Shown here: one piece after another, positions 22,445 to 34,691 of the stretch
Numbering within the stretch: position 1 is the stretch's first letter
How the letters are laid out: every line of letters begins with the position of its first letter
Origin: Intoshia linei
Taxonomy: Eukaryota > Animalia > Orthonectida
DNA: 34,691 nucleotides
Direction: 5' to 3'
Assembly: GCA_001642005.1 (NCBI GenBank)
Contig: LWCA01000276.1
Span: 1 to 34,691 of the forward strand
Translations under genes and position numbers: made by a program
Notes under the pieces: generated by a model
What the model was told of the DNA's origin: nothing
What the model saw: only the letters and a program-made list of their open reading frames with translations
The model's database searches: none

Positions 22445-22708
22445 GAGAGCCGTACTTAACCAGCTCAAGACCACCGAAAATGAAAAATAGACCCTAAAAA
22501 ATCTGTTTTGAAAACGATGCGTTTTGTCATGTTGCCCCTAGTCACCACAATAAGGCTCTCGAGTTGAAATTTTTAATTTAACACACTAAATAGTTATAAT
22601 TAAGAATATAATTATTTTAATTCTCCATTTGGAAAAATGAGGCCATAATTTTATGAACATTTTGCCTAGCCCCAAAGAGGTGTCTCGGGTACGGAAGGTT
22701 CGTCACTG
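22445..22708. mobile_element. hAT MITE (family C)
   Basis: Perfect 8-bp TSD TATGTAAT; degenerate TIR GAGAGCCGTAC / GTTCGTCACTG; its left part recurs at about 33931-33995. Confidence 0.65.
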
Positions 22709-23206
22709 TATGTAATTGTAATAATGTGTAAAATTTAAATTCCAATAGTTTTGTAACTATCGATTTTCAAATTTAATGTCAACTGAACTTTAATTAATTT
22801 TTTTAATTTGTATTTGAATTTTTTGCAAATTTGTAATAGACAATTTCCAACTTTTTGTTGTGCACCCAGACAAGATTAATATCATATGAAAGAGAATTTT
22901 GAGATTTTAATAATGAGCTATATTATTACAAAAATCTAAATGGAATTTTTGAATAAATCGACGAAATGTAAATGGTTTTTATCTTTTTTTAAAAAATATA
23001 TCAAAAACCTAATACTTTGATTCGCTGTTTCAGCTGTTATAATTATTATTTTTTGATGCAAATTTCACAATAAATACAAAATTAACTATTCTATAGGATT
23101 AATTCATCAAAAGAGAAAATATCACTATAATAATTTTAGGCTACACCCTCAACTTTAAAGTAGTTTTTTAAATAATAAGGGCGTGTACCCATTTAAAAAT
23201 ATCATG

Positions 23207-23272
23207 CAGGGTCATGGAAATGGATTAGGGTCTACAATCACGAAGAGCCTACTATTTTAATTTATTAATAGG
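23207..23272 (-). mobile_element. Truncated hAT MITE family B fragment
   Basis: CAGGGTCATGGA...CTACAATCACGAAGAGCCTACT...TTTATTAATAGG matches the start of copies 3 and 4. Confidence 0.6.
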
Positions 23273-25154
23273 TTATAAAACGCGGCCAGGAAAATGTTCT
23301 TTAAAATTCAAAGGCTGATTTTATTATTTATTAAAAAAAAAAGAAATTTTGGTTTTTAATCCTGAAGAATAAATTTTCTGAAAAATAAATTAGCGATAAA
23401 ACATCATCCTAAAAAAACTGTATAGAAATTGGTGTTTTTTAAATGTAGGGCATTTCATTTTTTAATTAAACAGATACTCACAGAAATTCCATTTTATAGA
23501 CATGTAAGTAAAAGATTCTCATGTGTTATACCTAATATTAAAAAAATCTGTGAGAATTGTTAGACTCAGTGATACATATGTATCATTAATTCTATAAAAT
23601 AAATAGTATAATTACCTCGACTTTAAAATAAAAAACTTTAGATTTGTAATTTATTAGAATAATTCTTTTTGATTAAACTGTTAACATGTTATTTTAGATT
23701 AGACATAAAAAATTTACATTAGGTTATTTTATGAAGTGAGTCTGGAATTTTTTAAGAGTGAAAGTGGTGCTAGCATGAAAAATGTTTGATGAACACAACC
23801 TTAATGTAACATTTCCATGTAATGCTTAACCTGAGATAGCTCAATTATACTTTAAAAAATGTATATTACAATTGGATATATTGTTATTTATGTGTTAATT
23901 GCTTTGATTGAAGGTTGTATTATATACTTTGAAATGTCCTTTAAATTGATTATATGCATGACGTGACAATTTTTATCGATTTTTATAAAATTTTGTATCA
24001 TGTAAATAATATTGATCAATGACCAATCACGTTATGCCAATACTTCAACTATAAAAAGGTGTTTTGATATATAACATCAACAACTACATACCATTAATAT
24101 TAATACATTGAATTGTACAATGTAATGTACAATAAAATTGCTTAAGGCAATAACAGTCTTTAAAAAGTGTTGACAATGTATACATCTTGACAAGTGAAAA
24201 ATAAAATATCCCGTGGCATAAAAAGGGTGTCGTAGTCAACGAAAATAAAAAAGTATAATAAAATTGAATAAAATGAAAAAATTTTGATAAAATGAATTAA
24301 AACATGTATAACTTTTAATTAAATTTTATTGGTACTATTCACGGAAAATAAAAAAAATCGATTAAAAAGTGACATATTTAGACTGGGTTGATAATTCACC
24401 AAAGTAAAATTTATTCCGAGATTTCTTGATGGCTGCAATGTACAATGCAGCGTAATTTAAATATATTTGAGTGTTACTAAAAGTACAATTTTGAATATAA
24501 AATCAATAATTGTAATTATTCTAACTTTGTCTGAGCTCATGTTTCATTAAATAAATAGAAATGTAGCTTACATCGACCAATTATCGAAAGCGTGTCTAAA
24601 TTTACTTTCAGTAATATAATTGCCAACCAATGTAGGACAATTTTACTTGAATCGTAAAAATTTTAGCAAATTCTTACGACATTGTATATTCCATTGCGAT
24701 TGAAAGTCTATTCCAATATATTATTTGAATTTTACCTATTTTATTAAATAATCGATTACTGGCTGTATACAATCAAAAAATCGGATTATTATTCCCCAAA
24801 ATGCACAAAAATATTGACAATTTATGTAACTTGCCGGTATAATATACATTTTATATTAATATTTGATTTTTAAATATACTTAACGTTACCCACCCCTCAC
24901 CGCTTTTCAACCAGTTAAAATTTAATTTTCCAATTGTGAAAAATTCAATATTTTGAACGAATAATAATAAGCTTATTTTAATCAATGTAATGATTTTTTT
25001 AGTTGTAATGTAATTAAAAATATAAAACTAATTAATAAACATCTCCATGTATAAAAAAAATGTTTAGATACCACCACTCGCCAAATAATATATACAGTCT
25101 ATCCAGGAAGGTATATACAACGACAAAAAGGAAAAACAAATCCACGATCATCAC

Positions 25155-25917
25155 ATGACAAAATTGGATATGAACAGTGTAATAAAGGCTGAATCAAATT
25201 TAAATTACATCAAGAAAGATGAAGACGAAGAAAAAGATAATGAACTTGACAAGTGCGACGAAAATTCGACTCAATATGATAAACCAATGTCTTCCATCAT
25301 ACACGACTTAAGACCCGTTAATAACATTTCAGACAACTTTAATGAAATTCCTCGCAAGAGACATAAAATGGAAATGCAAAATGATGCAAATTCAAACATG
25401 ATTGATAACATGCGATATCAACCAGATTTTTGTATACAAAACAAAACTACTACATATTCCGTACCGGGAACTCAAAATTTTTTATCCAATTCTATTCCTT
25501 CTAATCAATTGCAGAATTCTCAGTATCCAATTTCTAATAATATTCAACCCAATTTTAACCAATTTGATTACCGAAATCCTTATTTTCGTAATACTCCACA
25601 TTTACTTGATTCTTTGGAAATTAAATTACCACCAATGGGTGGTGTCACTTTCCCAATTTCACAACATGATGAGTCGAACCAAAATATGCAAAATCTCAAT
25701 TTATCTAATGCTGCCAATGTACATAAAAATATCATTTCCAATTCTAATCGACTCAATTACATGCCCATGAATCCTAATGAAAATAATAATAATTATGGGA
25801 AAATTAATGATCGGTATATTCTCACCAAAATGAACAATTATAATCGGGCTGTCAACTATAATCCTTATTCAATACCCAATGGATATTCACAGAATGAATT
25901 TTTAAACGATTCTTCAG
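25155..25917 (+). CDS. ONECUT: ONECUT exon 1 (N/Q-rich low-complexity N-terminus)
   Basis: 263-aa ORF in very AT-rich DNA; donor TCAG|GTAATA, phase compatible with the exon 2 acceptor. Confidence 0.8.
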
Positions 25918-28900
25918 GTAATATTTACTTATTAATCCATTTATAATTCTTGGTTGGTATTTTTTGATATAATCTATTTGGAGTAGATTAGAAAAAAAAC
26001 TTTGAAATGCTTATAATACATTAAATTAAATTATAAACGAACCTGCCTCTTTTTTTTCATTTTTGAAAATAACGGGTCATTTGGGGTTTTGACCGTGAAG
26101 ATGCAGGTCTTTGAGGTTGTAATTTATGATAATGTTTATGATTTTAAAAAATGTTTCAGAATCAGGACCGTGGAGACGGGCTAGGACCATATGGCCCGGG
26201 ACTACAATCATGAGGGCCTACTTTTTAAATTTATTAAGTATACTAAAATTTCGATAACCAATGCGATTTCCAACGATTATTTTTAATTTTTAGATACTGA
26301 ACGATCGATTAAGAAAATGTATAGAGGTCAAATTTTTTATAAGGTCTACAATTTCCATATCACCCGGGCCTACTGCTGGCTCTCCACTGCCCTTTTCAGA
26401 ATATGTTTTTTTTAAATAGAGTAGAACATCTCTATAATAAAGTGTCCATTTGATTCAATATAGAGAAACGATTCATTCAAATGCAATGATCATTTAAATT
26501 TTATAAGACTTACTTTATAAGAGTTTTATGATAGTAAAAATAATAAATGTGTTAACTAAAGTAGGTAAAATATAAAAATTTATTCTAAAAAACTTTTCAT
26601 TACTGATAAATCATTATATTTTTCATACGGAACATATTTTGTTTCAATTATCTGGTTGTCTACACATTTTTTAGAGTTATATTTATTTTTTAAATTTTGT
26701 TAACCATCCATGACCAATGGTCATTGATCATTTTGAAAGTTATGAATTTTCAACTTTTAGGCATAAATATGTGCATTTTGTCGTAATCTTTTTTGTAATA
26801 ATACTAAAATAACCGATATACTGATATCAGTCATGGCATATTTTAAACAAAAAAAAATATTAATCTAAAATAAAAAATTAAAAATTTTTTAAATTTTTTC
26901 AAAACCAATGATAAATTTCACACACAAACGAGCCAATACTTATCACATAGAATAATTTAAATTAGATTTTTTTGTTTTTTTTAACGAAAAAATTTTTTTC
27001 TTTTCAACTTTTCTTTGCAAAATTTTATTTATGGTAGTTTATTTTCTATAGGCCCAAAAAATATAATTTTTTTTATTTGTTTATTTTTTGTTCGGAAATT
27101 GTTCTAATTGCTTAAATTTCCTTTAGGAAAAATGCCCAATGGAGAAAAGGTTGAAAAACCACTGTTATATAAAAAAAATTAAATAAAATTAGATGTGTAA
27201 GGCGTCACAAAATAAACTTGCATGAAAATGGGTGACGCGATAGAAAAGGCTACGTCTGGTTTACAACCAATTTTAATTAATATATTGAGCATCATTTTAT
27301 ATTTATTGAATTTGTGTTTATTGTATTCTATCATGTATTGATATTAAATTCGTTGGCTTAATTCAAATTTTAATTCATAATTATAATAAATGGGTTAATT
27401 TAAAAAAATAAAATAAAATAAAATTTAGGTATATATTTTCAAAATACAACAAACCAACAAGTAAAACAAAAAGTATCAAACGATAAAAATATAAATGAAC
27501 AAAATTTGCTATTATCCATGCCAATTTCAAATGGCAACATGCGTCAAATTCATACCGGACAAAACCCATCACCAATAAGAAATATAAACGAAAATCAATC
27601 GCCTCTACTTCAAAAACACATGTCTTTGGATCAATCTCTAAGAATTATCAATAATGATAATGAACAAAACCAATATTTACAACATTCTCATTCCTATACT
27701 CCAAATATTTTTTCAGGCTTAACTGGTCATGACATAAACAATTTGAACCACCCAAACAATGACATGTTTTCAACCTCAAACGTCACATCGCTACCAAACT
27801 ATTACAATAACAATAATACGACAAACAGTCAACTATTGGTAAATTCATATCAACACCAAAACCAAAATTTTATGCAACCTATGCACCACCCTATATCACC
27901 TATTAATCAGTCTCAAAATAGTTACAATAGACAATCACCTACAGATTCACAATGCTCAAAAACAGAAACTGAAGAGTTGGATACCAAAGATTTAGCTCAA
28001 CGTATTTCGAGCGAATTAAAACGATACAGTATTCCTCAAGCTGTTTTTGCCCAGCGAGTTTTATGTCGGAGTCAAGGAACATTAAGCGATTTGCTAAGAA
28101 ATCCGAAACCTTGGGCCAAATTAAAGTCTGGCAGAGAAACTTTTCGTAGAATGAATAAATGGCTACAAGAACCTGAATATCAGCGTATGTCATCTTTGAG
28201 ACAAGCAGGTAAATGTAATTTTTTTAATTAAATTTATTATTTACAAATTGCAATATACAGTACAGTTCAAATTAATATTAGTATTATTATTTCAAGTCGG
28301 TAGTAGTTTTGACTAATTTTGTTGTAAATTTTTTGCAATTTTATTCATGGATAAATTGGCCATGATTCGAATTGTATCATTCTTTTTTGGAAAATTTTTT
28401 CAATTTTTTTTTTCAATAATGATGTGTATTTTACCCATATGCAATGTACAATGTACGTTATATTTTGTACTAATCATTTCAACATGATCAATTCAAACTG
28501 TTATAATTATCATGTTAAAATATTACTAACATTGTAAATTAGTTATGAATGATAACATTGCTAAATTATGACTGTGAATGAGTATTTATTTATATTTTAA
28601 AGTTTAAATAATTTTTTAACTTACACCAGGGATCCCAATTTTTTGTTGCGAACCATTTGGGATAATAGTGATAATAATAAGTGAGTGATAATCACAGGTT
28701 CCAATTTTTTCTATGATTACGGTTCAAATAACATTCCGAAAAATTTAAAATAATGAATTTTGAATTCCTTGTAAATTGTTAAATTGTTAAATTATTTTTT
28801 TAATTAATTAATTTCTACATTACTATACACTATTGTTATAGAGTCATCAATAATTAGCATTCAAAGTTAAATTCAAGTTAAAATTCATATTTTTCAATAT

Positions 28901-31900
28901 AAAATTTAATTAAATTTATTAAAATTATTAAATTATTACAAACACAAGACCATTCAAAACATTGTTAACACATTCGTTAATAACATTCCATTAAATAAAC
29001 TTATATTTTAGTTTTTGTATGAAATTTTTAAAATGCAAGCATCTTCGCAAGAAATTGTCCAAAATCACTTTTTTTTCACAAAAATTCATAAAACTATCAA
29101 ACGCAATTTTATCCGTTCCTGTACCATAAAATTTCGAGGAGAATTTAAAAAAATATATACGCTGATACAGATTTTAAAATCATACACATTATCATAAATT
29201 TAAATTTAAAAAAATTATATCTTCAGGGCCAAAACCCTAAATTACCATTTTATTTTAATGAAAACAGTCCTAGAATTTAAAAAAAATTACAGGTTGTACA
29301 GTTCTATCCTGTTAACACACACAAAATTTCAATCCGAATAAGTGACGAGTTCACCGTCAAAAATGCATTTTATTATTCATATATTTTATTAAAACAAAAA
29401 ATGTGAAATAATTAACGGTCCGAAAATTAAAAAAATAAAAGGATTATTCTGATAGGCTTAGTCCAGTTGATATAAATACAAAAGTTCAGCCCGAGAAATC
29501 TACGCATTCCCGATGAAAAATAATTTTTAATATACTATCAACCAATATTTTTCAAATATTTCGATTAAAATCAAAAATTGAAAATGTAATTGATCCTACA
29601 ATTTTAAAAATAAAGTGCAATTTGTAGTCTAAACATTTCCAATAAAGAAATATGGGTAAATTGGTTAAAAAATTTATTCCTTCGGAATTTTTTTCATGGC
29701 TACGCAATTTTTAAATTTCAAATTATCATTTTCAAAACATTTTGAATAAAATTTAAATAAAAACTACAACAACGAAACTAAAAGTAATACAACTTTGTTA
29801 ATATTATTTTTATATTTATTACAATCCTTTTCCATATTGGTAAAATTCGCCTGAAATATGTTTATAAAGTAAAGATTCGGTTAATTATTAATAAGTACTT
29901 GATATTTTTAAGTATTTAGAAAATTGGTACTGAATATATATCATCACATTGAAAATAACAAAATAGGTTTTTATAATTTTCTGTCTAATAAATTATAAAA
30001 ATGGGATAACAATTGTTTTTAAAATTCTAAGTTCAAAAAATTAAAATGGGATAATTCACTTTAAAGTATAAAATAATGTGATATGATGGTTCCACCTGAA
30101 ACAAATTTGGGGAACACTCCTTTAAAGGATTGATAATAGTGAATAGTAGGATTTTTAAGTTAGATTTTCAACGTGAATTTATTTTTTTAAGTACAATAAA
30201 AATGTGCCCTCGGTAGAGCTAAGTCCTGTTTGTACGTAGTACATAACAGTCAACCTAGTTTGTATATAAAAGATGACATATAAAATATAATTTTCTAAAA
30301 AATTAAAATATAGCATCGCGTCCAGTTTCAGTATTCTCCTTGTAGGGTTAGATAATAAGATTTATTTTTTTAAAATAAATTTGATATAAATCTGAGTTTT
30401 AGTTATCAAATCTAACCTTAAAAAGGAACCCAAGATCTGATACTACATTTACTAAATACGAAAACAATTCAATTAATCGACTCTTTTAACTAAAAACTGT
30501 AAGGGTAAATATTCATAATTTTTTTAAAATATTTAAAACGTATCAAATGTGAAAGTTTTTCAAAGTTCATCTGACAACTGTTTAATAAAAAATACTGACA
30601 TATAAGTACAGTGACGTAGAGCATTTTATGAGTGATAACAAAAAAATTATAAAACATTGGAAAATTCCTTGAATCAATTTCAACATTTTTTATTACCTTT
30701 TTAAAAAAAAATACTACAAATTAGCTTTCCACATAAACTTTAGGCTACAGGAAATTTAAATTGATATTAATGATACAAAGATTCGAAGGAATCGGAATCA
30801 AGAACGAAATAGATAAATTATTTTAACGTTTCTGACAAATAAAATATATTTATAAGTTTCAAAAACTGAGTACTTTGTTAATGAATTGTCATTAATAATT
30901 TTTTTGGTGGTTTCACTCAATTTTCGCAAAAAAATTAAAATCTCGTCAATGTAATCTTGAACGATAAATGAAATAAAAATTTCACATATGAAATGAAGAA
31001 AAATTGTTAGTTTAGAGCTTGTACAATGTACATTGTACAATAAGGTGTCTCATGGGTATTTAGAAAAAATATCCTTAGGGCTTAAAAGTATAGTGTTACT
31101 AAAATAATAACTATTGTAAAATATTTTGGGCCAACTCCTAACGGTGAAGTTAGCCTGACGATTTAAAGTTTTCTATATATATACTATATATTAAAAAATT
31201 AAAACGGAACTTTATTTTAACGGAAATTGGCGTTTGAGCTGTTAAACGTGATACCGACTTTATAATATTGTTCTCCATGTTTAGATATACAGTTTATTTT
31301 TTTAAATTTGTTCTAGCTTAATTTTTTTGGATTTTATATTTTTTTTGAGACACCTTATTGTACAACATAGCTTCTTTAATTGAAAATACTTAACTTGGCC
31401 TCTATACCCAATGTCTATGTCTAATGAACAGTGTCCATGCATATATAATACTTTTTTATACTTCTGTACTCATTGTCAGACACTATATAATTAGTTAACA
31501 TTATTTGACTTTACCCGAGTAATTCTTTTGATACTATCTGATCGTTGTAAATCACAGAATACGGGAAACTTTAACTAAAATGTATTCTAAAAATTCATAT
31601 GAATGGATGTCAATATGAGTGAGTAAAAGCTGTAAAAATGTCAATTATTATTTTGAATTGTATTGCAACTACACAAGTGTCCATTAGTTTAATTTTGTCA
31701 AATGTATCCAAAAATATATGCAAATATTTTTAAAAAAATGCAAATATTTAAGTACAGTATGTATTATAATTCTAATCAACACAAAAATAAATTTTACATT
31801 ATTTGTACAATTGAAAGTACTATTGTATATTAAATTTAACGTCAAATTATTAATGTATTAAATATGTATATATCAACGTGTATTGATTATATATTGTGCA

Positions 31901-33171
31901 ATACAAAAAACTTCATTAGTCTCATTTATCAGTTTTTAGTTAAAAGATAAGACTTTGACTATTACTTTGAAATTTATTAAAAAATATTCAAAATATAAAC
32001 ACGCCAAAAACCCAAAAAGTAACAATAACTATATTTAAAATAATTACAAATTAAATACAAATAAAGATAATAATTTGTAAAAGTTTGAATTCAAATACCA
32101 TTAATACTAAATTCCATTCTTACATTTGGGTAGTTAATAATTTGAATAATTATAAAAAATTACAGACGTTGAATTGGAATTAGCAATTTTGAATAAAATA
32201 AACGTGAAAATAGAAATATTGTATAAAATGAAATAATGAAAAATGTTTATATTAAATTTGCAACATTACCCAATATATTGATGATTCAATATTTGATTTT
32301 TCTAAACATGTACAATAGTTTTATTGACGTAATTTGGTATACTCATCTAATTTAACAACTAAAAAATTTTATTTGTGATTCAGTTCCAATATATTTTTAT
32401 AGATTTTATTATATATGTGGGTTTAATTGTATAAATGAGATTTAAAATTGATTTTAATACAATTTTTTTAATATTAGTTTTATATAGATTACCGATACAT
32501 TGCGCATGATCTATTAAAATCAATTTAATTTTAAAAAAAATCTTAAAAAAGTCGAAAAAAATAGTGTAAATTTTAAATAAATTTAATAATCATAATAATG
32601 CACAATAAAAAACTCAACGTACAATAATAGTAGTTAATAAAACACTGGGTAGTCGCTATCATTTGATAAAAAATTTACATTACATCCCATGTATAATATA
32701 AATTGTATACATGTTGTGTAAAATTTAAAAATGGTATTAGGAAAAATATTTCAAGATTTTGAGTAAAATTATTCCAAACCATTAATATCCAATATCAGTT
32801 TATACATGTGTAAAAATTGATATAATCCATATAAATGAATAAATACATACATTGATTTTTTAATATTATCAATTAATACATTTAATTTAGCTTGCAAAAG
32901 AAAAGATAGCGATTCGTTGCAAGATGAATGCACAAATAAAAAACCACGACTAGTATTTACAGATATTCAAAGAAGGACATTATTGGCAATATTTAAAGAA
33001 ACAAAAAGACCTGGTAAAGAAGTGCAAATGGAAATTGCTGAAAAGCTAGGATTACGTATCACCACTGTTGCAAACTTTTTTATGAATGCTCGTAGAAGGT
33101 CGCTTGATAAATATAATGGAGAACTTGACAACGAAAGTATGGATATCTTACTTCAACCTTGTAACAATTGA
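25155..33171 (+). CDS. ONECUT: ONECUT/HNF6-class CUT-homeodomain transcription factor, 3 coding exons, about 607 aa
   Basis: join(25155..25917,27429..28208,32891..33171) = 1824 nt, both introns phase 1. CUT domain EELDTKDLAQRISSELKRYSIPQAVFAQRVLCRSQGTLSDLLRNPKPWAKLKSGRETFRRM. Linker AACKRK is split by the intron, as in other ONECUT genes. Homeodomain KKPRLVFTDIQRRTL...VANFFMNARRR has the diagnostic F48/M50. An extra upstream exon is possible (open frame and TACAG acceptor at 25097). Confidence 0.93.
26163..26394 (-). mobile_element. hAT MITE family B, copy 4 (ONECUT intron 1)
   Basis: CAGGACCGTGGAGA ... TCTCCACTGCCCTT; perfect TSD TTCAGAAT; inserted in a Helitron tandem-unit fragment. Confidence 0.88.
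27429..28208 (+). CDS. ONECUT: ONECUT exon 2 (CUT domain at about 27971-28208)
   Basis: TTTAG acceptor at 27428, open frame into track ORF 27506..28231, donor GCAG|GTAAAT. Confidence 0.95.
29040..30258 (+). mobile_element. Non-autonomous Helitron, longest copy (5' boundary uncertain)
   Basis: 3' end CTGTTTGTAC-GTA-GTACATAACAG hairpin, then CTAG|T at 30255-30259. Body homologous to 6570-7490, 8360-9187, 306-569 and 11760-12236. No TSD seen. Confidence 0.78.
31038..31360. mobile_element. Tc1/mariner-type MITE (ONECUT intron 2)
   Basis: Perfect 15-bp TIR CAATAAGGTGTCTCA / TGAGACACCTTATTG flanked by TA on both sides. Confidence 0.88.
32891..33171 (+). CDS. ONECUT: ONECUT exon 3 (homeodomain)
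   Basis: TTTAG|CT TGC AAA AGA AAA (A-C-K-R-K), then the homeodomain; stop TGA at 33169-33171. Confidence 0.96.
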
Positions 33172-33752
33172 ACCTGTGTATATCAAGATTTTTTAATTGT
33201 ACAAAAAGACCTTTATAAATGCATTTAAAACAAATTAGTATCTTTCATTAGTGAATCCATCAAATGCATAAAGTATAAAATTTATACATGTTTATGTATT
33301 TTTAAAATTTAGTTAAAATTGTTATTATAGTAGTTTGAATTTAAAATAAAAATTGTTATTGTTGCTATTTTTTCACTTTATTGACAACTCACCGTTTAGA
33401 ATTACAATATTTATTATTTATTTTACCAATTTGGCATGTTAAGGTTGAAGAAACTTTGTAGTAAATATTTCAATTTTTTATTGCATTCAGCAAATTTAAG
33501 TTTCATTTCTTGTTGCATTTTATTTGACATTTTTTTATAATTAGTTTGTTTGCTTTTTCCAGGGCATTTTCTTGAACACCACATGTGTAATTCTGGATAA
33601 TATCTATTTTAATAAATTTAATTACAATAGTTATACCCGTTTAAGACAGTTAATAGATCTAATACTTGGTACTCTGCCATTGGAGAGAAAAAATGTACGT
33701 TAAAGTGTTAATTTAAAAAAATTACAATGTTATGACAGAGAGCCAAGTAGAG

Positions 33753-33925
33753 CAGTAACGGATCTAGGGTTGCAGAGGCTGCCCCCTGGCGTGACAAATG
33801 TAGTCTAAAATATTTTACTTTGTGTATTAAAATGAAAACATTTTTCTAGGATCCATCAAATTGCTTTGATTTAAATATATTATATGACTTTGGCCGCCTG
33901 GTTGAAAATCCTAGATCCGCCACTG
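33753..33925. mobile_element. MITE with CAGTGGCGGATCTAGG-type TIR
   Basis: CAGTAACGGATCTAGG ... CCTAGATCCGCCACTG; TSD decayed or unclear. Confidence 0.75.
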
Positions 33926-33994
33926 TAGTCCAGCCAAACTTACCAATATCGAAACCACCCGAACATAAAAATTAGACCCTAAAAAAGCTGGTTT

Positions 33995-34691
33995 GATGAT
34001 ATAAACGTTCCATTTCAAAATATAGTATCCTGTGGCACTGACGGAGCTGCTTCAATGGTTGGACAACATAAAAGATTTTTATCCTATGTAAGGAATATTT
34101 GCCCAAACATTTTAACTATTCATTGCATACTCCATAGACACAATTTAGTTGCAAGAAAGATAAGTCCCATACTTCACGATTCATTAAATTTGGTTATTAA
34201 AATTATAAACAGTATTAACATATAAGTAAATATGATCGTTTATTCAAGAAATTCTGTACAGAAAGAAAAGATCATTATGCTAGACTTCTTTTGCACACTG
34301 AAATCAGGTGGTTGTCAAATGGAAATTGTTTGTCTTGTGCCTCTTTATGATAGTATTGTAGAATTTTTTAAAAGAGAGGGAGGTGAAAAATTATCCAAAC
34401 AAATTAAATTGAATAGGAACAATATATATTATTTGTCTTTTATTTTTGATAAATTAAATGATGTTACCCTGCGTTTACAAGGTACACTTATCACCTTAAT
34501 AGACTGTAAACGTGTTCTAAAAGCATTCAAGGAAAAAATTATAGTTTTTCGCAGAAATATAAGAGATAGAAATTTTGATAATATGCTGGATATACAAAAT
34601 TCCATATCTGATGAAGATATATTGCATTATTGCCATGATTTGACAACATTAAAAGAAGATTTTGAGGCTAGATTCAAGGATTTATTTAATT
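33995..34691 (+). pseudogene. Decayed hAT transposase, Buster/Charlie clade (ZBED8/FAM200/SCAND3-like), runs off the window
   Basis: Manual translation: IVSCGTDGAASMVG, IHCILHRHNLVA (CxxH), RLLLHTEIRWLSNG, YYLSFIFDKLNDVTLRLQG, LKEDFEARFKD. Interrupted by frameshifts and stops. Confidence 0.88.

Noticed and set aside
25402-25770. Overlapping 122-aa hydrophobic ORF
   Set aside because: Alternate-frame shadow of the Asn-rich ONECUT exon, with a TTG start and no homology.
27381-28193. Antisense ORFs 27381..27575 and 27939..28193
   Set aside because: Antisense shadows of ONECUT exon 2.

Overview
Very AT-rich (roughly 20-25% GC by eye) eukaryotic, metazoan genomic DNA with spliceosomal GT-AG introns; it is not prokaryotic. 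Two intact spliced genes can be rebuilt on the + strand: an 11-exon NDUFA9 (complex I 39-kDa subunit, 9300-19148, 380 aa) and a 3-exon ONECUT/HNF6 gene (25155-33171, about 607 aa; CUT domain plus homeodomain, long N/Q-rich N-terminus). At 4069-6171 lies a decayed, divergent Vps10p/sortilin-like type I receptor with an ATA where the start codon is expected and in-frame stops. The rest is dense transposon debris: a non-autonomous Helitron family (hairpin + CTAG 3' ends, internal ~130-bp tandem unit), several hAT MITE families with 8-bp TSDs, a Tc1/mariner-type MITE, a pogo/Tigger remnant, and a broken Buster-type hAT transposase at the right edge. Several perfect palindromes occur, including a 41-bp one just upstream of the NDUFA9 start. 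The short introns, low GC and protein divergence suggest a compact, fast-evolving invertebrate genome (possibly an orthonectid-like parasite; inference only). No clearly new biological system is demonstrable from sequence alone. Most short ORFs in the supplied track are spurious.
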